A DNA stretch of 64,000 nt, from NCBI GenBank assembly GCA_051362555.1, contig CM120644.1, positions 20,234,534 to 20,298,533 of the forward strand, in the 5' to 3' direction. Each line of letters starts with the position of its first letter. Position 1 is the first letter of the stretch. Source of the DNA: Lingula anatina (taxonomy: Eukaryota; Animalia; Brachiopoda). The notes beneath the pieces were generated by a model that was not told where the DNA came from, made no database searches, and saw only the letters and a program-made list of their open reading frames with translations. Below, one piece after another: positions 24,551 to 37,360 of the stretch. Both the position numbers and the translations under genes were made by a program.

Positions 24551-27500
24551 TAGTAGGAAATTAGAAACCAATACAAGAGCTTCAAATCAGTTTAGTTCTA
24601 GTGTTAAAAAAGGATGTGGGAGAGAAAATAGTTATCCCATTTCATATTTATTCTATCTCTGCTCTGATTCATTTTCATGAATAAACCTTGCATGTGCATT
24701 TATTTTTGCCTGTACTCAATAAAAAAAGATTAAAAAAATGCAGTATAAAAGAGACTGCTAGTAGCGAGCAACTAGCGTTCAGGCATCTTCAAAGTCATCC
24801 TATTCAGGTAAGCATCCACATTTTTTACATCAGTAAGAGAAATGAGAAGGATTGGAGGTAAATGGTGGCCTGAAGTTTGGACAGTCCATTTCCCAGTTGG
24901 GTTGCTCTATCTGGTTTGAAGTAGACAAAAGTGGACCAAATGTACTGAGATATATCAGATGGCTCCCGACTCTTTAGTGTTCTCAGCAACAATAATGATG
25001 CTTTGTTTGTTTGGTATACTGTTTTCTGTGGTTCCATGTGCGTAATTTCCATCTGTGCATTACTTTACATAAGCAGCATATTTTTTTGCCTTCTAACGTA
25101 GGCTTCGAGGTCTCCAAACGATGTTGTTCATGAAATGAAATAAATGTGGCCTAATAGTAAAATACAGATTCTGCTGCTAAAGTGCTGTTAGAGCCATCCT
25201 TGAGCTGTAGGTGGTTGACGAAAAACACTGTCAGGCACCGAATATGCCTATGACTGACTGGTAGCTGTGCGTTCCTACCAGAAGTAATGCAAGAAATGTA
25301 TAATCACTTACACCCGTGCCAACTGAACTCACGGACGAGTTAGCTTTTATGACTTAAAATATAAAAGCAAATGCAAAATAATTCTCCCTCACATCAAAAT
25401 CACTGTAAATCTATAATTAATACTGAAATATGTTTTATGATAAATTTGATAAATATATTTTGAAAATTTATAACTTACAAAAGTACCAAGGCTGCAAATA
25501 TTGGTCCTGGGTCTGTATCAACATCTAAGTTGTATAGTATAGGTGTGTATGATAATTTGTTGTCTACACTGCATTGTTTTAATTGTGTCTTGGGGAGTTT
25601 ATTTCATACTAAGTGAGATGTGTGACTGATAGAGGTTCACTTAAACTGACCCGCCAATGTAATGTAACGTAAATTTTTTATTAGGTGGATCATTATTGAA
25701 AGTAAAAAAGTTTTAATTATGTGTCTTCGAGGTCCAAATTCTTGTTTATGACTTTGTGTGATTAATGTGCCTCTTCATTGATCTAATTAATCACAGCCGT
25801 CTCACCATTCCTTAGGATGGTTAAGTGTCAATAAATAGTGATGGAAACCTCTACATGATTGAAGGGTTCTTACCCTTCATCTCAAGATTGCTGACTGGAA
25901 GCTGTAGAAGACTAGAGAAGACATTAAATTTAAAAGATTATTCTGTATATGGCTGTATCGGCCCTATACGATGACCTAATGAAGAAATGTTTAGCATATA
26001 TCATTGGGGCCCACTTTGGCATCCAAAACCGTCAGAAATCCAACATTGGCATGTGGTTGGCCCAAGGCTTGATGCCTATGGTTGTGCAATGACAGTGGGC
26101 CAAAGTTTGTGCATAGTTATGCCAACGTTGGCACAGTGGTGGAAGTTGGCATTTCATGGTTGTGCAATGACAGTGGGCCAAAGTCTGCACAATGATGCGC
26201 CACCCTTGGCACAAAGCTTCTTGTTGGCTTTCCAGCCTTCAACCAATATTGGCCTTAGAACCAGCCATGCGTTGTACAGGGGTACCAATCTTGGGCTAGG
26301 AATTCAAACTTTTTATGCATTATCACGAAAATTAACCAATAAAGTATATTCTTCACAGAGAACACGGGCCTTCATTATGTTTTCTACATTTATCTTTTGG
26401 TAAATTCCATCTCTATTACGATAATTGAATGGGATTTTGGGAGCTTTTTTATATAGTAGAAAATTTCAAACCAAAACAAGAGCTTCAAATCAGTTCATTT
26501 CCAGTGTTAAAAAGGGATGTGGGAGAGAAAATCGTTATTACATTTCATATTTATTCTAACTCTGCTCTGATTCATTTTCATGCATGTGCATTTATTTTTG
26601 CCTGTACTCAATAAAAAAGATTTAAAAAAATAAATGTAGTATAAGAGAGACTGCTAGTAATGAGCAACTAGCGTTCTGGCATCTTCAAAGTCATCCTATT
26701 CAGGTAAGCATGCACATTTTTTACATTAGTAAGAGAAATGAGAAGGATTGGAGGTAAATGGTGGCCTGAAGTTTGGACAGTCCACTTGCCAATTGGGTTG
26801 CTCTGTTTGGTTTGAAATAGACAAAAGTGGACCAAATGTACTGAGATAAAGCAGATGGCTCCTGACTCTTTAGTGTTCTCAGCAACAATAATGGTGCTTT
26901 GTTTGTTTGGTATACTGTTTTCTGTGGTTCCATGTGCGTAATTTCCATCTGTGCATTACTTTACATAAGCAGCATATTTTTTTGCCTTCTAACGTAGGCT
27001 TCGAGGTCTCCAAACGATGTTGTTCATGAAAAGAAATAAATGTGGCCTAATAGTAAAATACAGATTCTGCTGATATTGTTTAGTGCTGTTTTAAGTGCTG
27101 TTAGAGCCATCCTTGAGCTGCAGGTGGTAGACGAAACACACTGTCAGGCACTGAATATGCCTATGACTGACTGGTAGCTGTGCGTTCCAACCAGAAGTAA
27201 TGCAAGAAATGTATAATCACTTACACCCATGCCCACTGAACTCACGGACGAGTTAGCTTTTATGACTTAAAATATTAAAGCAAATGCAAAATAATTCTCC
27301 CTTACATCAAAATCACTGTAAATCTATAATTAATACTGAAACATATTCTATGAAAAATTTGATAAATATATTTTGAAAATTTTTAACTTACAAAAGTACC
27401 AAGGCTGCAAATATTGGTCCTGGGTCTGTATCAACATCTTAAGTTGTATAGTATAGGTGTGTATGATAATTTTTTGTCTACACTGCATTGTTTTAATTGT

Positions 27501-30482
27501 GTTTTGTGGAGTTTATTTCATACTAAGTGAGATGTGTGACTGATAGAGGTTCACTTAAATCACCAAGAAAGAGGGTAGGGAAAGGACATTGTTCATAGGT
27601 TTCAACACTTTCTCAATTGTGTGATACACATGTGCACTTTTGACATATCACGTTATAAAGTGACCCGCCAAAGTAATGTAAAGTAAACTTTTTGATAGGT
27701 GGATCATTATTGAAAGTAAAAAAGGTTTAATTAGTCTTCGAGGTCCAAATTCTTGTTTATGACTTTGTGTGATTAATGTGCCTCTTCATTGATCTAATTA
27801 ATCACAGCCGTCTCACCATTCCTTAGGATGGTTAAGTGTCAATAAATAGTGATGGAAACCTTTACATGATTGAAGGGTTTTACCCTTCATCTCAAGATTG
27901 CTGACTGGAAGCTGTAGAAGACTAGAGAAGACATTGAATGTAAAAGATTATTTTGTATATGGCTCTATCGGCCCTATACGATGACCTAATGAAGAAATGT
28001 TTAGCATATATCATTGGGGCCCACTTTGGCATCCAAAACCGTCAGAAATCCAACATTGGCATGTGGTTGGCCCAAGGCTTGATGCCTATGGTTGTGCAAT
28101 GACAGTGGGCCAAAGTTTGTGCATAGTTATGCCAACGTTGGCACAGTGGTAGAAGTTGGCATTTCATGGTTTGACAATGACAGTGGGCCAAAGTCTGCAC
28201 AATGATGCGCCACCCTTGGCACAAAGCTTCTGGTTGGCTTTCCAGCCTTCAACCAATATTGGCCTTAGAACCAGCCATGCGTTGTACAGGGGTACCAATC
28301 TTGGGCTAGGAATTTCAAAACTTTTTATGCATTATCACGAAAATTAACCAATAAAGTATATTCTTCACAGAGAACACGGGCCTTCATTATGTTTTCTACA
28401 TTTATCTTTTGGTAAATTCCATCTCTATTACGATAGTTGAATGGGATTTTGGGAGCTTTTTTATATAGTAGAAAATTTAAAACCAAAACAAGAGCTTCAA
28501 ATCAGTTCATTTCCAGTGTTAAAAAGGGATGTGGGAGAGAAAATCGTTATTACATTTCATATTTATTCTAACTCTGCTCTGATTCATTTTCATGCATGTG
28601 CATTTATTTTTGCCTGTACTCAATAAAAAAGATTAAAAATAAAAAATAAATGTAGTATAAAAGAGACTGCTAGTAGCGAGTAACTAGCGTTCTGGCATCT
28701 TCAAAGTCATCCTATTCAGGTAAGCATGCACATTTTTTACATCAGTAAGAGAAATGAGAAGGATTGAAGGTAAATGGTGGCCTGAAGTTTGGACAGTCCA
28801 CTTGCCAGTTGGATTGCTCTGTTTGGTTTGAAGTAGACAAAAGTGGACCAAATGTACTGAGATAAAGAAGATGGCTCCTGACTCCTTAGTGTTCTCAGCA
28901 ACAATAATGATGCTTTGTTTGTTTGGTATACTGTTTTCTGTGGTTCCATGTGCGTAATTTCCATCTGTGCATTACTTTACATAAGCAGCATATTTTTTTG
29001 CCTTCTAACGTAGGCTTCGAGGTCTCCAAACGATGTTGTTCGTGAAATGAAATAAATGTGGCCTAATAGTAAAATACAGATTCTGCTGCTATTGTTCAGT
29101 GCTGTTTTAAGTGCTGTTAGAGCCATCCTTGAGGTGCAGGTGGTAGACGAAACACACTGTCAGGCACTGAATATGCCTATGACTGACTGGTAGCTGTGCG
29201 TTCCTACCAGAAGTAATGCAAGAAATGTATAATCACTTACACCCGTGCCCACTGAACTCACGGACGAGTTAGCTTTTATGACTTAAAATATAAAAGCAAA
29301 TGCAAAATAATTCTCCCTTACATCAAAATCACTGTAAATCTATAATTAATACTGAAACATATTCTATGATGAATTTGATAAATATATTTTGAAAATTTTT
29401 AACTTACAAAAGTACCAAGGCTGCAAATATTGGTCCTGGGTCTGTATCAACATCTTATGTTGTATAGTATAGGTGTGTATGATAATTTTTTGTCTACACT
29501 GCATTGTTTTAATTGTGTTTTGGGGAGTTTATTTCATACTAAGTGAGATGTGTGACTGATAGAGGTTCACTTAAATCACCAAGAAAGAGGGTAGGGAAAG
29601 GACATTGTTCATAGGTTTCAACACTTTCTCAATTGTGTGATACACATGTGCACTTTTGACATATCACGTTATAAAGTGACCCGCCAATGTAATGTAACGT
29701 AAACTTTTTGATAGGTGGATCATTATTGAAAGTAAAAAAGTTTTAATTAGTCTTCGAGGTCCAAATTCTTGTTTATGACTTTGTGTGATTAATGTGCCTC
29801 TTCATTGATCTAATTAATCACAGCCGTCTCACCATTCCTTAGGATGGTTAAGTGTCAATAAATAGTGATGGAAACCTTTACATGATTGAAGGGTTTTACC
29901 CTTCATCTCAAGATTGCTGACTGGAAGCTGTAGAAGACTAGAGAAGACATTGAATTTAAAAGATTATTTTGTGTATGGCTCTATCGGCCCTATACGATGA
30001 CCTAAAGAAGAAATGTTTAGCATATATCATTGGGGCCCACTTTGGCATCCAAAACCGTCAGAAATCCAACATTGGCATGTGGTTGGCCCAAGGCTTGATG
30101 CCTATGGTTGTGCAATGACAGTGGGCCAAAGTTTGTGCATAGTTATGCCAACGTTGGCACAGTGGTGGAAGTTGGCATTTCATGGTTGGACAATGACAGT
30201 GGGCCAAAGTCTGCACAATGATGCGCCACCCTTGGCACAAAGCTTCTGGTTGGCTTTCCAGCCTTCAACCAATATTGGCCTTAGAACCAGCCATGCGTTG
30301 TACAGGGGTACCAATCTTGGGCTAGGAATTCAAACTTTTTATGCATTATCACGAAAATTAACCAATAAAGTATATTCTTCACAGAGAACACGGGCCTTCA
30401 TTATGTTTTCTACATTTATCTTTTGGTAAATTCCATCTCTATTACGATAGTTGAATGGGATTTTGGTAGCTTTTTTTATATA

Positions 30483-32142
30483 CAGACTTGACATTTAATA
30501 TGGAATATTTCAGTTTCGAATGTACGCCTAGGTGAAAATGCGTTTTTTTTTTCACAAACTCCGATCTCATAGAAGATATGTGAATGGAGAAGTGTGTAGT
30601 CAGGTGTGTCGCTACCAATTAAGTGATTACCAGGTTTGTTGCGCTGCTGCATTATGTAATATGCAGTGATTTGATTGGGTAGTGCTCCTTTGGGCAGTTC
30701 AAAGCTAGGCTTTGACAAAGCATGGTTCTGTCAAAAAAGTATCCATATGTCGGCAACTACTGCATAGAAAAATTTGAAATTTTGCAAGCAAGTCGTCGGG
30801 TTTGCAGTGTGTAAAATGAGCTATGCAGTGCTCTACAAATTTGTTAATCTGTGGCAGAATGGCGGGAAAAAGACAGGCATTGCCAGGTAGGCAATTGCGC
30901 CAAACGAAACGGTCCGCACTGTTTTACAGAGTAATGCCCAGACTGATGTACCTACACAGAGGCCACACCCAATGTATTGAAATGTTACCACCAGGGTACA
31001 GGACCCACTGTCTTTCGGGATATGCTGTTGCAAATAAACAAAAACCACCAAGTCCGTTCAGAATGAGGGGTAAATTACCACCAAAACGCATTTTTCAAGG
31101 CCCTTAGCGAACACCAAACTGGTTTTAGCAGGTTTGAATACCAGACGACCTCCGAGGAACCCACTGTAAACAGCAAAACATCGTTGTATGTTTCTCTTTT
31201 GAATTGAGGACCTTGGCTGTTTCTGGGTTGAACACTGAAATCTCGTGGCTTTCTTTATTGAGGTCAGATTTCACCTGTACCGCTCAACAGTCAAAACAGA
31301 GTTTACAGACATCCAGAAGAGGCCAACGACGAAGCGTGTGCCGCGTCTAAAGTGACTAAGGTCATTAACAGCTTCAGTATTTGGAGTGGATACCACATTG
31401 GTGCCAAAACACCAATGGTAGTCATTGACGAAAACCTGAATCAGATCAATTAAAGAAATAATCTGGGAACCACTTGGCTATCATTTGATAGGGGACAACT
31501 TAGGAACAATTTTAGGTTGCATGGTGAGATTGCCGGTTCACACAGAGCACTTTTAATAGCAGTTTACTTACAGAACCAAGGGAATGAGCAGCTACCTTGG
31601 TCATCAAAATCGCCATATTTGAACCACAGAGACAATATGTTGGTAGGCCATTACTCTCCGAATCAATGGCCTACATATCCTACAACAATATTGGACCAAA
31701 TTGGGCAGATTTTGACCGATGCATGGAATGTTATTCCAGATTAAACTTTAAAAACCTATCCCAAGGAATACCTTGCCACTTGAGAGCGCTAGTAGCAGCC
31801 AGAAGAAGTCAGGCGTAACAGCGACCTTTACTGTGACTAGAAACTGACATGAGGGTCTTTTGTGGAGCGTTTAACTCTTTTACAGACAATAATTTGGAAA
31901 ATATGGAGGTCCAAAATATCCCTTTTAATGGTTGTCGTATGACATAGAATAGGCAATGTGTTTTTGTTTGCTTTTCTGGCGAATTCCATTGATGAACTGA
32001 TGTCACAATGACATCAAAGAGATAATTAAAAGTTATTAAAACACGATTTTAATCCTTATTTTCATTTATCAGTCTGCAAAATAGGAAAAAAACTGATGAA
32101 AAATGATTTGGAAAAAATATTCCATATTAAATGTCAAGTCTG
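30483..32142 (+). mobile_element. Tc1-like family A copy 3 (1660 bp; transposase pseudogene ~30859-31840)
   Basis: Perfect 27-bp TIRs; TA duplication at 30481-82 and 32143-44; ORF 31517-31744 SHRALL..YLQNQGNEQLPWSSKSPYLN..LTDAWNVIP. Confidence 0.93.
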
Positions 32143-35100
32143 TAGTAGAAAATTTAAAACCAAATCAAGAGCTTCAAATCAGTTCATTTCCAGTGTTAAA
32201 AAGGGATGTGGGAGAGAAAATCGTTATTACATTTCATATTTATTCTAACTCTGCTCTGATTCATTTTCATGCATGTGCATTTATTTTTGCCTGTACTCAA
32301 TAAAAAAGATTTTAAAAAATAAATGTAGTATAAAAGAGACTGCTAGTAGCGAGCAACTAGCGTTCTGGCATCTTCAAAGTCATCCTATTCAGGTAAGCAT
32401 GCACATTTTTTACATCAGTAAGAGAAATGAGAAGGATTGAAGGTAAATGGTGGCCTGAAGTTTGGTCCACTTGCCAGTTGGGTTGCTCTGTTTGGTTTGA
32501 AGTAGACAAAAGTGGACCAAATGTACTGAGATATATCAGATGGCTCCTGACTCTTTAGTGTTCTCAGCAACAATAATGATGCTTTGTTTGTTTGGTATAC
32601 TGTTTTCTGTGGTTCCATGTGCGTAATTTCCATCTGTGCATTACTTTACATAAGCAGCATATTTTTTTGCCTTCTAACGTAGGCTTCGAGGTCTCCAAAC
32701 GATGTTGTTTGTGAAATGAAATAAATGTGGCCTAATAGTAAAATACAGATTCTGCTGCTATTGTTCAGTGCTGTTTTAAGTGCTGTTAGAGCCATCCTTG
32801 AGCTGCAGGTGGTAGACGAAACACACTGTCAGGCACTGAATATGCCTATGACTGACTGGTAGCTGTGCGTTCCTACCAGAAGTAATGCAAGAAATGTATA
32901 ATCACTTACACCCGTGCCCACTGAACTCACGGACGAGTTAGCTTTTATGACTTAAAATATAAAAGCAAATGCAAAATAATTCTCCCTTACATCAAAATCA
33001 CTGTAAATCTATAATTAATACTGAAACATATTCTATGATAAATTTGATAAATATATTTTGAAAATTTTTAACTTACAAAAGTACCAAGGCTGCAAATATT
33101 GGTCCTGGGTCTGTATCAACATCTTATGTTGTATAGTATAGGTGTGTATGATAATTTTTTGTCTACACTGCATTGTTTTAATTGTGTTTGGGGAGTTTAT
33201 TTCATACTAAGTGAGATGTGTGACTGATAGAGGTTCACTTAAATCACCAAGAAAGAGGGTAGGGAAAGGACATTGTTAATAGGTTTCAACACTTTCTCAA
33301 TTGTGTGATACACATGTGCACTTTTGACATATCACGTTATAAAGTGACCCGCCAATGTAATGTAACGTAAACTTTTTGATAGGTGGATCATTATTGAGAG
33401 TAAAAAAGTTTTAATTAGTCTTCGAGGTCCAAATTCTTGTTTATGACTTTGTGTGATTAATGTGCCTCTGCATTGATCTAATTAATCACAGCCGTCTCAC
33501 CATTCCTTAGGATGGTTAAGTGTCAATAAATAGTGGTGGAATCCTTTACATGATTGAAGGGTTTTACCCTTCATCTCAAGATTGCTGACTGGAAGCTGTA
33601 GAAGACTAGAGAAGACATTGAATTTAAAAGATTATTTTGTATATGGCTCTATCGGCCCTATACGATGACCTAAAGAAGAAATGTTTAGTATATATCATTG
33701 GGGCCCACTTTGGCATCCAAAACCGTCAGAAATCCAACATTGGCATGTGGTTGGCCCAAGGCTTGATGCCTATGGTTGTGCAATGACAGTGGGCCAAAGT
33801 TTGTGCATAGTTATGCCAACGTTGGCACAGTGGTGGAAGTTGGCATTTCATGGTTGGACAATGACAGTGGGCCAAAGTCTGCACAATGATGCGCCACCCT
33901 TGGCACAAAGCTTCTGGTTGGCTTTCCAGCCTTCAACCAATATTGGCCTTAGAACCAGCCATGCGTTGTACAGGGGTACCAATCTTGGGCTAGGAATTCA
34001 AACTTTTTATGCATTATCACGAAAATTAACCAATAAAGTATATTCTTCACAGAGAACACGGGCCTTCATTATGTTTTCTACATTTATCTTTTGGTAAATT
34101 CCATCTCTATTACGATAATCAAATGGGATTTTGGGAGCATTTTTATATAGTAGAAAATTTAAAACCAATACAAGAGCTTCAAATCAGTTCATTTCCAGTG
34201 TTAAAAAGGGATGTGGGAGAGAAAATCGTTATTACATTTCATATTTATTCTAACTCTGCTCTGATTCATTTTCATGCATGTGCATTTATTTTTGCCTGTA
34301 CTCAATAAAAAAGATTTTAAAAAAATAAATGTAGTATAAAGGAGACTGCTAGTAGCGAGCAACTAGCGTTCTGGCATCTTCAAAGTCATCCTATTCAGGT
34401 AAGCATGCACATTTTTTACATTAGTAAGAGAAATGAGAAGGATTGAAGGTAAATGGTGGCCTGAAGTTTGGACAGTCCACTTGCCAGTTGGGTTGCTCTG
34501 TTTGGTTTGAAGTAGACAAAAGTGGACCAAATGTACTGAGATAAAGCAGATGGCTCCCGACTCTTTAGTGTTCTCAGCAACAATAATGATGCTTTGTTTG
34601 TTCGGTATACTGTTTTCTGTGGTTCCATGTGCGTAATTTCCATCTGTGCATTACTTTACATAAGCAGCATATTTTTTTGCCTTCTAACGTAGGCTTTGAG
34701 ATCTTCAAACGATGTTGTTCATGAAATGAAATAAATGTGGCCTAATAGTAAAATACAGATTCTGCTGCTATTGTTCAGTGCTGTTTTAGGTGCTGTTAGA
34801 GCCATCCTTGAGCTGCAGGTGGTAAACGAAACACACTGTCAGGCACTGCATATGCCTATGACTGACTGGTAGCTGTGCGTTCCTACCAGAAGTAATGCAA
34901 GAAATGTATAATCACTTACACCCGTGCCCACTGAACTCACGGACGAGTTAGCTTTTATGACTTAAAATATAAAAGCAAATGCAAAATAATTCTCCCTTAC
35001 ATCAAAATCACTGTAAATCTATAATTAATACTGAAACATATTTTATGATAAATTTGATAAATATATTTTGAAAATTTTTAACTTACAAAAGTACCAAGGC

Positions 35101-35703
35101 TGCAAATATTGGTCCTGGGTCTGTATCAACATCTTATGTTGTATAGTATAGGTGTGTATGATAATTTTTTGTCTACACTGCATTGTTTTAATTGTGTTTT
35201 GGGGAGTTTATTTCATACTAAGTGAGATGTGTGACTGATAGAGGTTCACTTAAATCACCAAGAAAGAGGGTAGGGAAAGGACATTGTTCATAGGTTTCAA
35301 CACTTTCTTAATTGTGTGATACACATGTGCACTTTTGACATATCACGTTATAAAGTGACCCGCCAATGTTATGTAACGTAAACTTTTTGATAGATGGATC
35401 ATTATTGAAAGTAAAAAAGTTTTAATGTGTCTTCGAGGTCCAAATTCTTGTTTATGACTTTGTGTGATTAATGTGCCTCTTCATTGATCTAATTAATCAC
35501 AGCCGTCTCACCATTCCTTAGGATGGTTAAGTGTCAATAAATAGTGATGGAAACCTTTACATAATTGAAGGGTTTTACCCTTCATCTCAAGATTGCTGAC
35601 TGGAAGCTGTAGAAGACTAGAGAAGACATTGAATTTAAAAGATTATTTTGTATATGGCTCTATCGGCCCTATACGATGACCTAAAGAAGAAATGTTTAGC
35701 ATA

Positions 35704-37360
35704 CAGGGTTGCTACTTAATATGGAATATTTTTTATCATTGTTATTTTTGGGTGCTGATTAATTTTTTGGCTTGAGTCATTAAAAAAATATGTCACTGAG
35801 TGATAAAAACATCCAGTCTTCTGTTGTGAGATATTTTGGTCAATGATATCAAATCTGACATAAGATGCCATTCAAAAGAAAGGAACACCCCCAGAAAACC
35901 ATATCAACAGTTTGATGTCAGTATTAACTTTAAGATAAGATATTAAAGAAAATGATAGCCTCCGGACAGTGATATGTTACACAGTCAAAGAACTCACTAC
36001 AGTAAATCATGAAAAGTCAGTAACTGCGAGTATGACCTCCAGCAGCCGCTTGCAGCGCCCTCATCCTACATGGCATACCCTGTGACACGTTTTTTAGAGT
36101 TTGGATGGGGATATCATTCCACGCAGTGATATTTGCCTGTTGCAGTTCATCACTATTTACCGGCCGATGACCATAGCTATTAATTCTGTGCGTTATTTTT
36201 GTCCCAAGTTTTTCAATTGGGTTCATATCTGGAGAGTTTGCAGGCCAGGGCAGTTGCTGAACCCATTGGTTTTGAAGAAAAACAGTGATTCTGCGGCCTC
36301 GATGTGGGGTTGCCCAGTCGTCCTGGTACACAAAGTTGTTCCTGAAGATGACTCTTACCAATCGAGGCATTGTTTGCCGTAATATGTCTCTGTAGGAATC
36401 CTGGATGAGGTTGCCTCCTAGAAAAACCAACTGGTTCTGGACACCGACATGAAATGCGCCCCAAACTGAGACGTTACCATCCCCTGCTTGCACCCTAGGC
36501 AGTACACAATCATCGTTTTATGCCCCTCGTACACGTCGGTGGACACGGATTCGACCATCAACCCTAAAAAATCCATATCTGGCCTAATCACTGAAAACGA
36601 CGTGATTCCAAGGTTTTGGCTGCAAATGCACGTGGTTCACAGCCCATTGCAGACGTCGCTGTATATGACCTGCTGTTAACAGTGGTTTCCCTACTGGCCT
36701 TCGTGCAAAATAACCGGCTTTCAGTAATCTCTTGTTCACGAGGGACCTTGAAACGGGCGTTTGAATGACATTCTGCCTCTCTTTTCTGAGGACACTGGTT
36801 GTCTTTGTACGACCAGCACGGCGTCCTCTAAGGAGAAGGCGATCCTGTCTTTTTGGTGTGATACGCGGGCACCCTGGTCGAGGTATTGGAGAAGGTGCCC
36901 CTGTTGCAGCATTTCTTTGGAGGACTTTACAAACGGTTCCTGATAAATCTTGAATTACCTGGCAATGACTGTCCGTTTCTGGCCATTTTCTCTGAGAGCG
37001 AGAATCCCATAGTAAGCTGCGTTGCTTAGCTATCGAACCATATCTTCACTAAGGTACCTGTCAAGTTTCAGAGCGATCCCTTTGTTGCTTCTCTAAATAC
37101 ACTCCAAAATTTGACCAAACCCATGCGTTTTTATACAAGGGCAGAAATTGCCGAAAAGACCACCCCTCACATTTCTGACCACAGAACATGCAGCTGCATG
37201 CATCAATTGTTTCGAGAGTTGTGTGGTAATTAGGTAACACACCTGGCTACACATGGAGTGACACCTCAGTTTTGGATTTAAAGTAGTTAGAGAGAAATTA
37301 AATATTTTGTAGAAAATTTACTCGCCAAAAAATAATATTCCATATTAAGTGGTAACCCTG
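35704..37360 (-). mobile_element. Tc1-like DD34E transposon, family B copy 1 (1657 bp)
   Basis: TIRs CAGGGTTGCTACTTAATATGGAATATT / AATATTCCATATTAAGTGGTAACCCTG; TA duplication; the empty site GTTTAGCA-TA-TATCATTGG is seen in other units. Confidence 0.95.
36017..36986 (-). pseudogene. Tc1 (DD34E) transposase, frameshifted and stop-interrupted
   Basis: ORF 36017-36493: VSVWGAF...YRDILRQ...YQDDWATPHR...LPWPANSPDMNPIEK...AWNDIP...MPCRMRALQAAAGGHTR, with 34 residues between the catalytic D and E; probable ATG at 36984-86. Confidence 0.92.
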
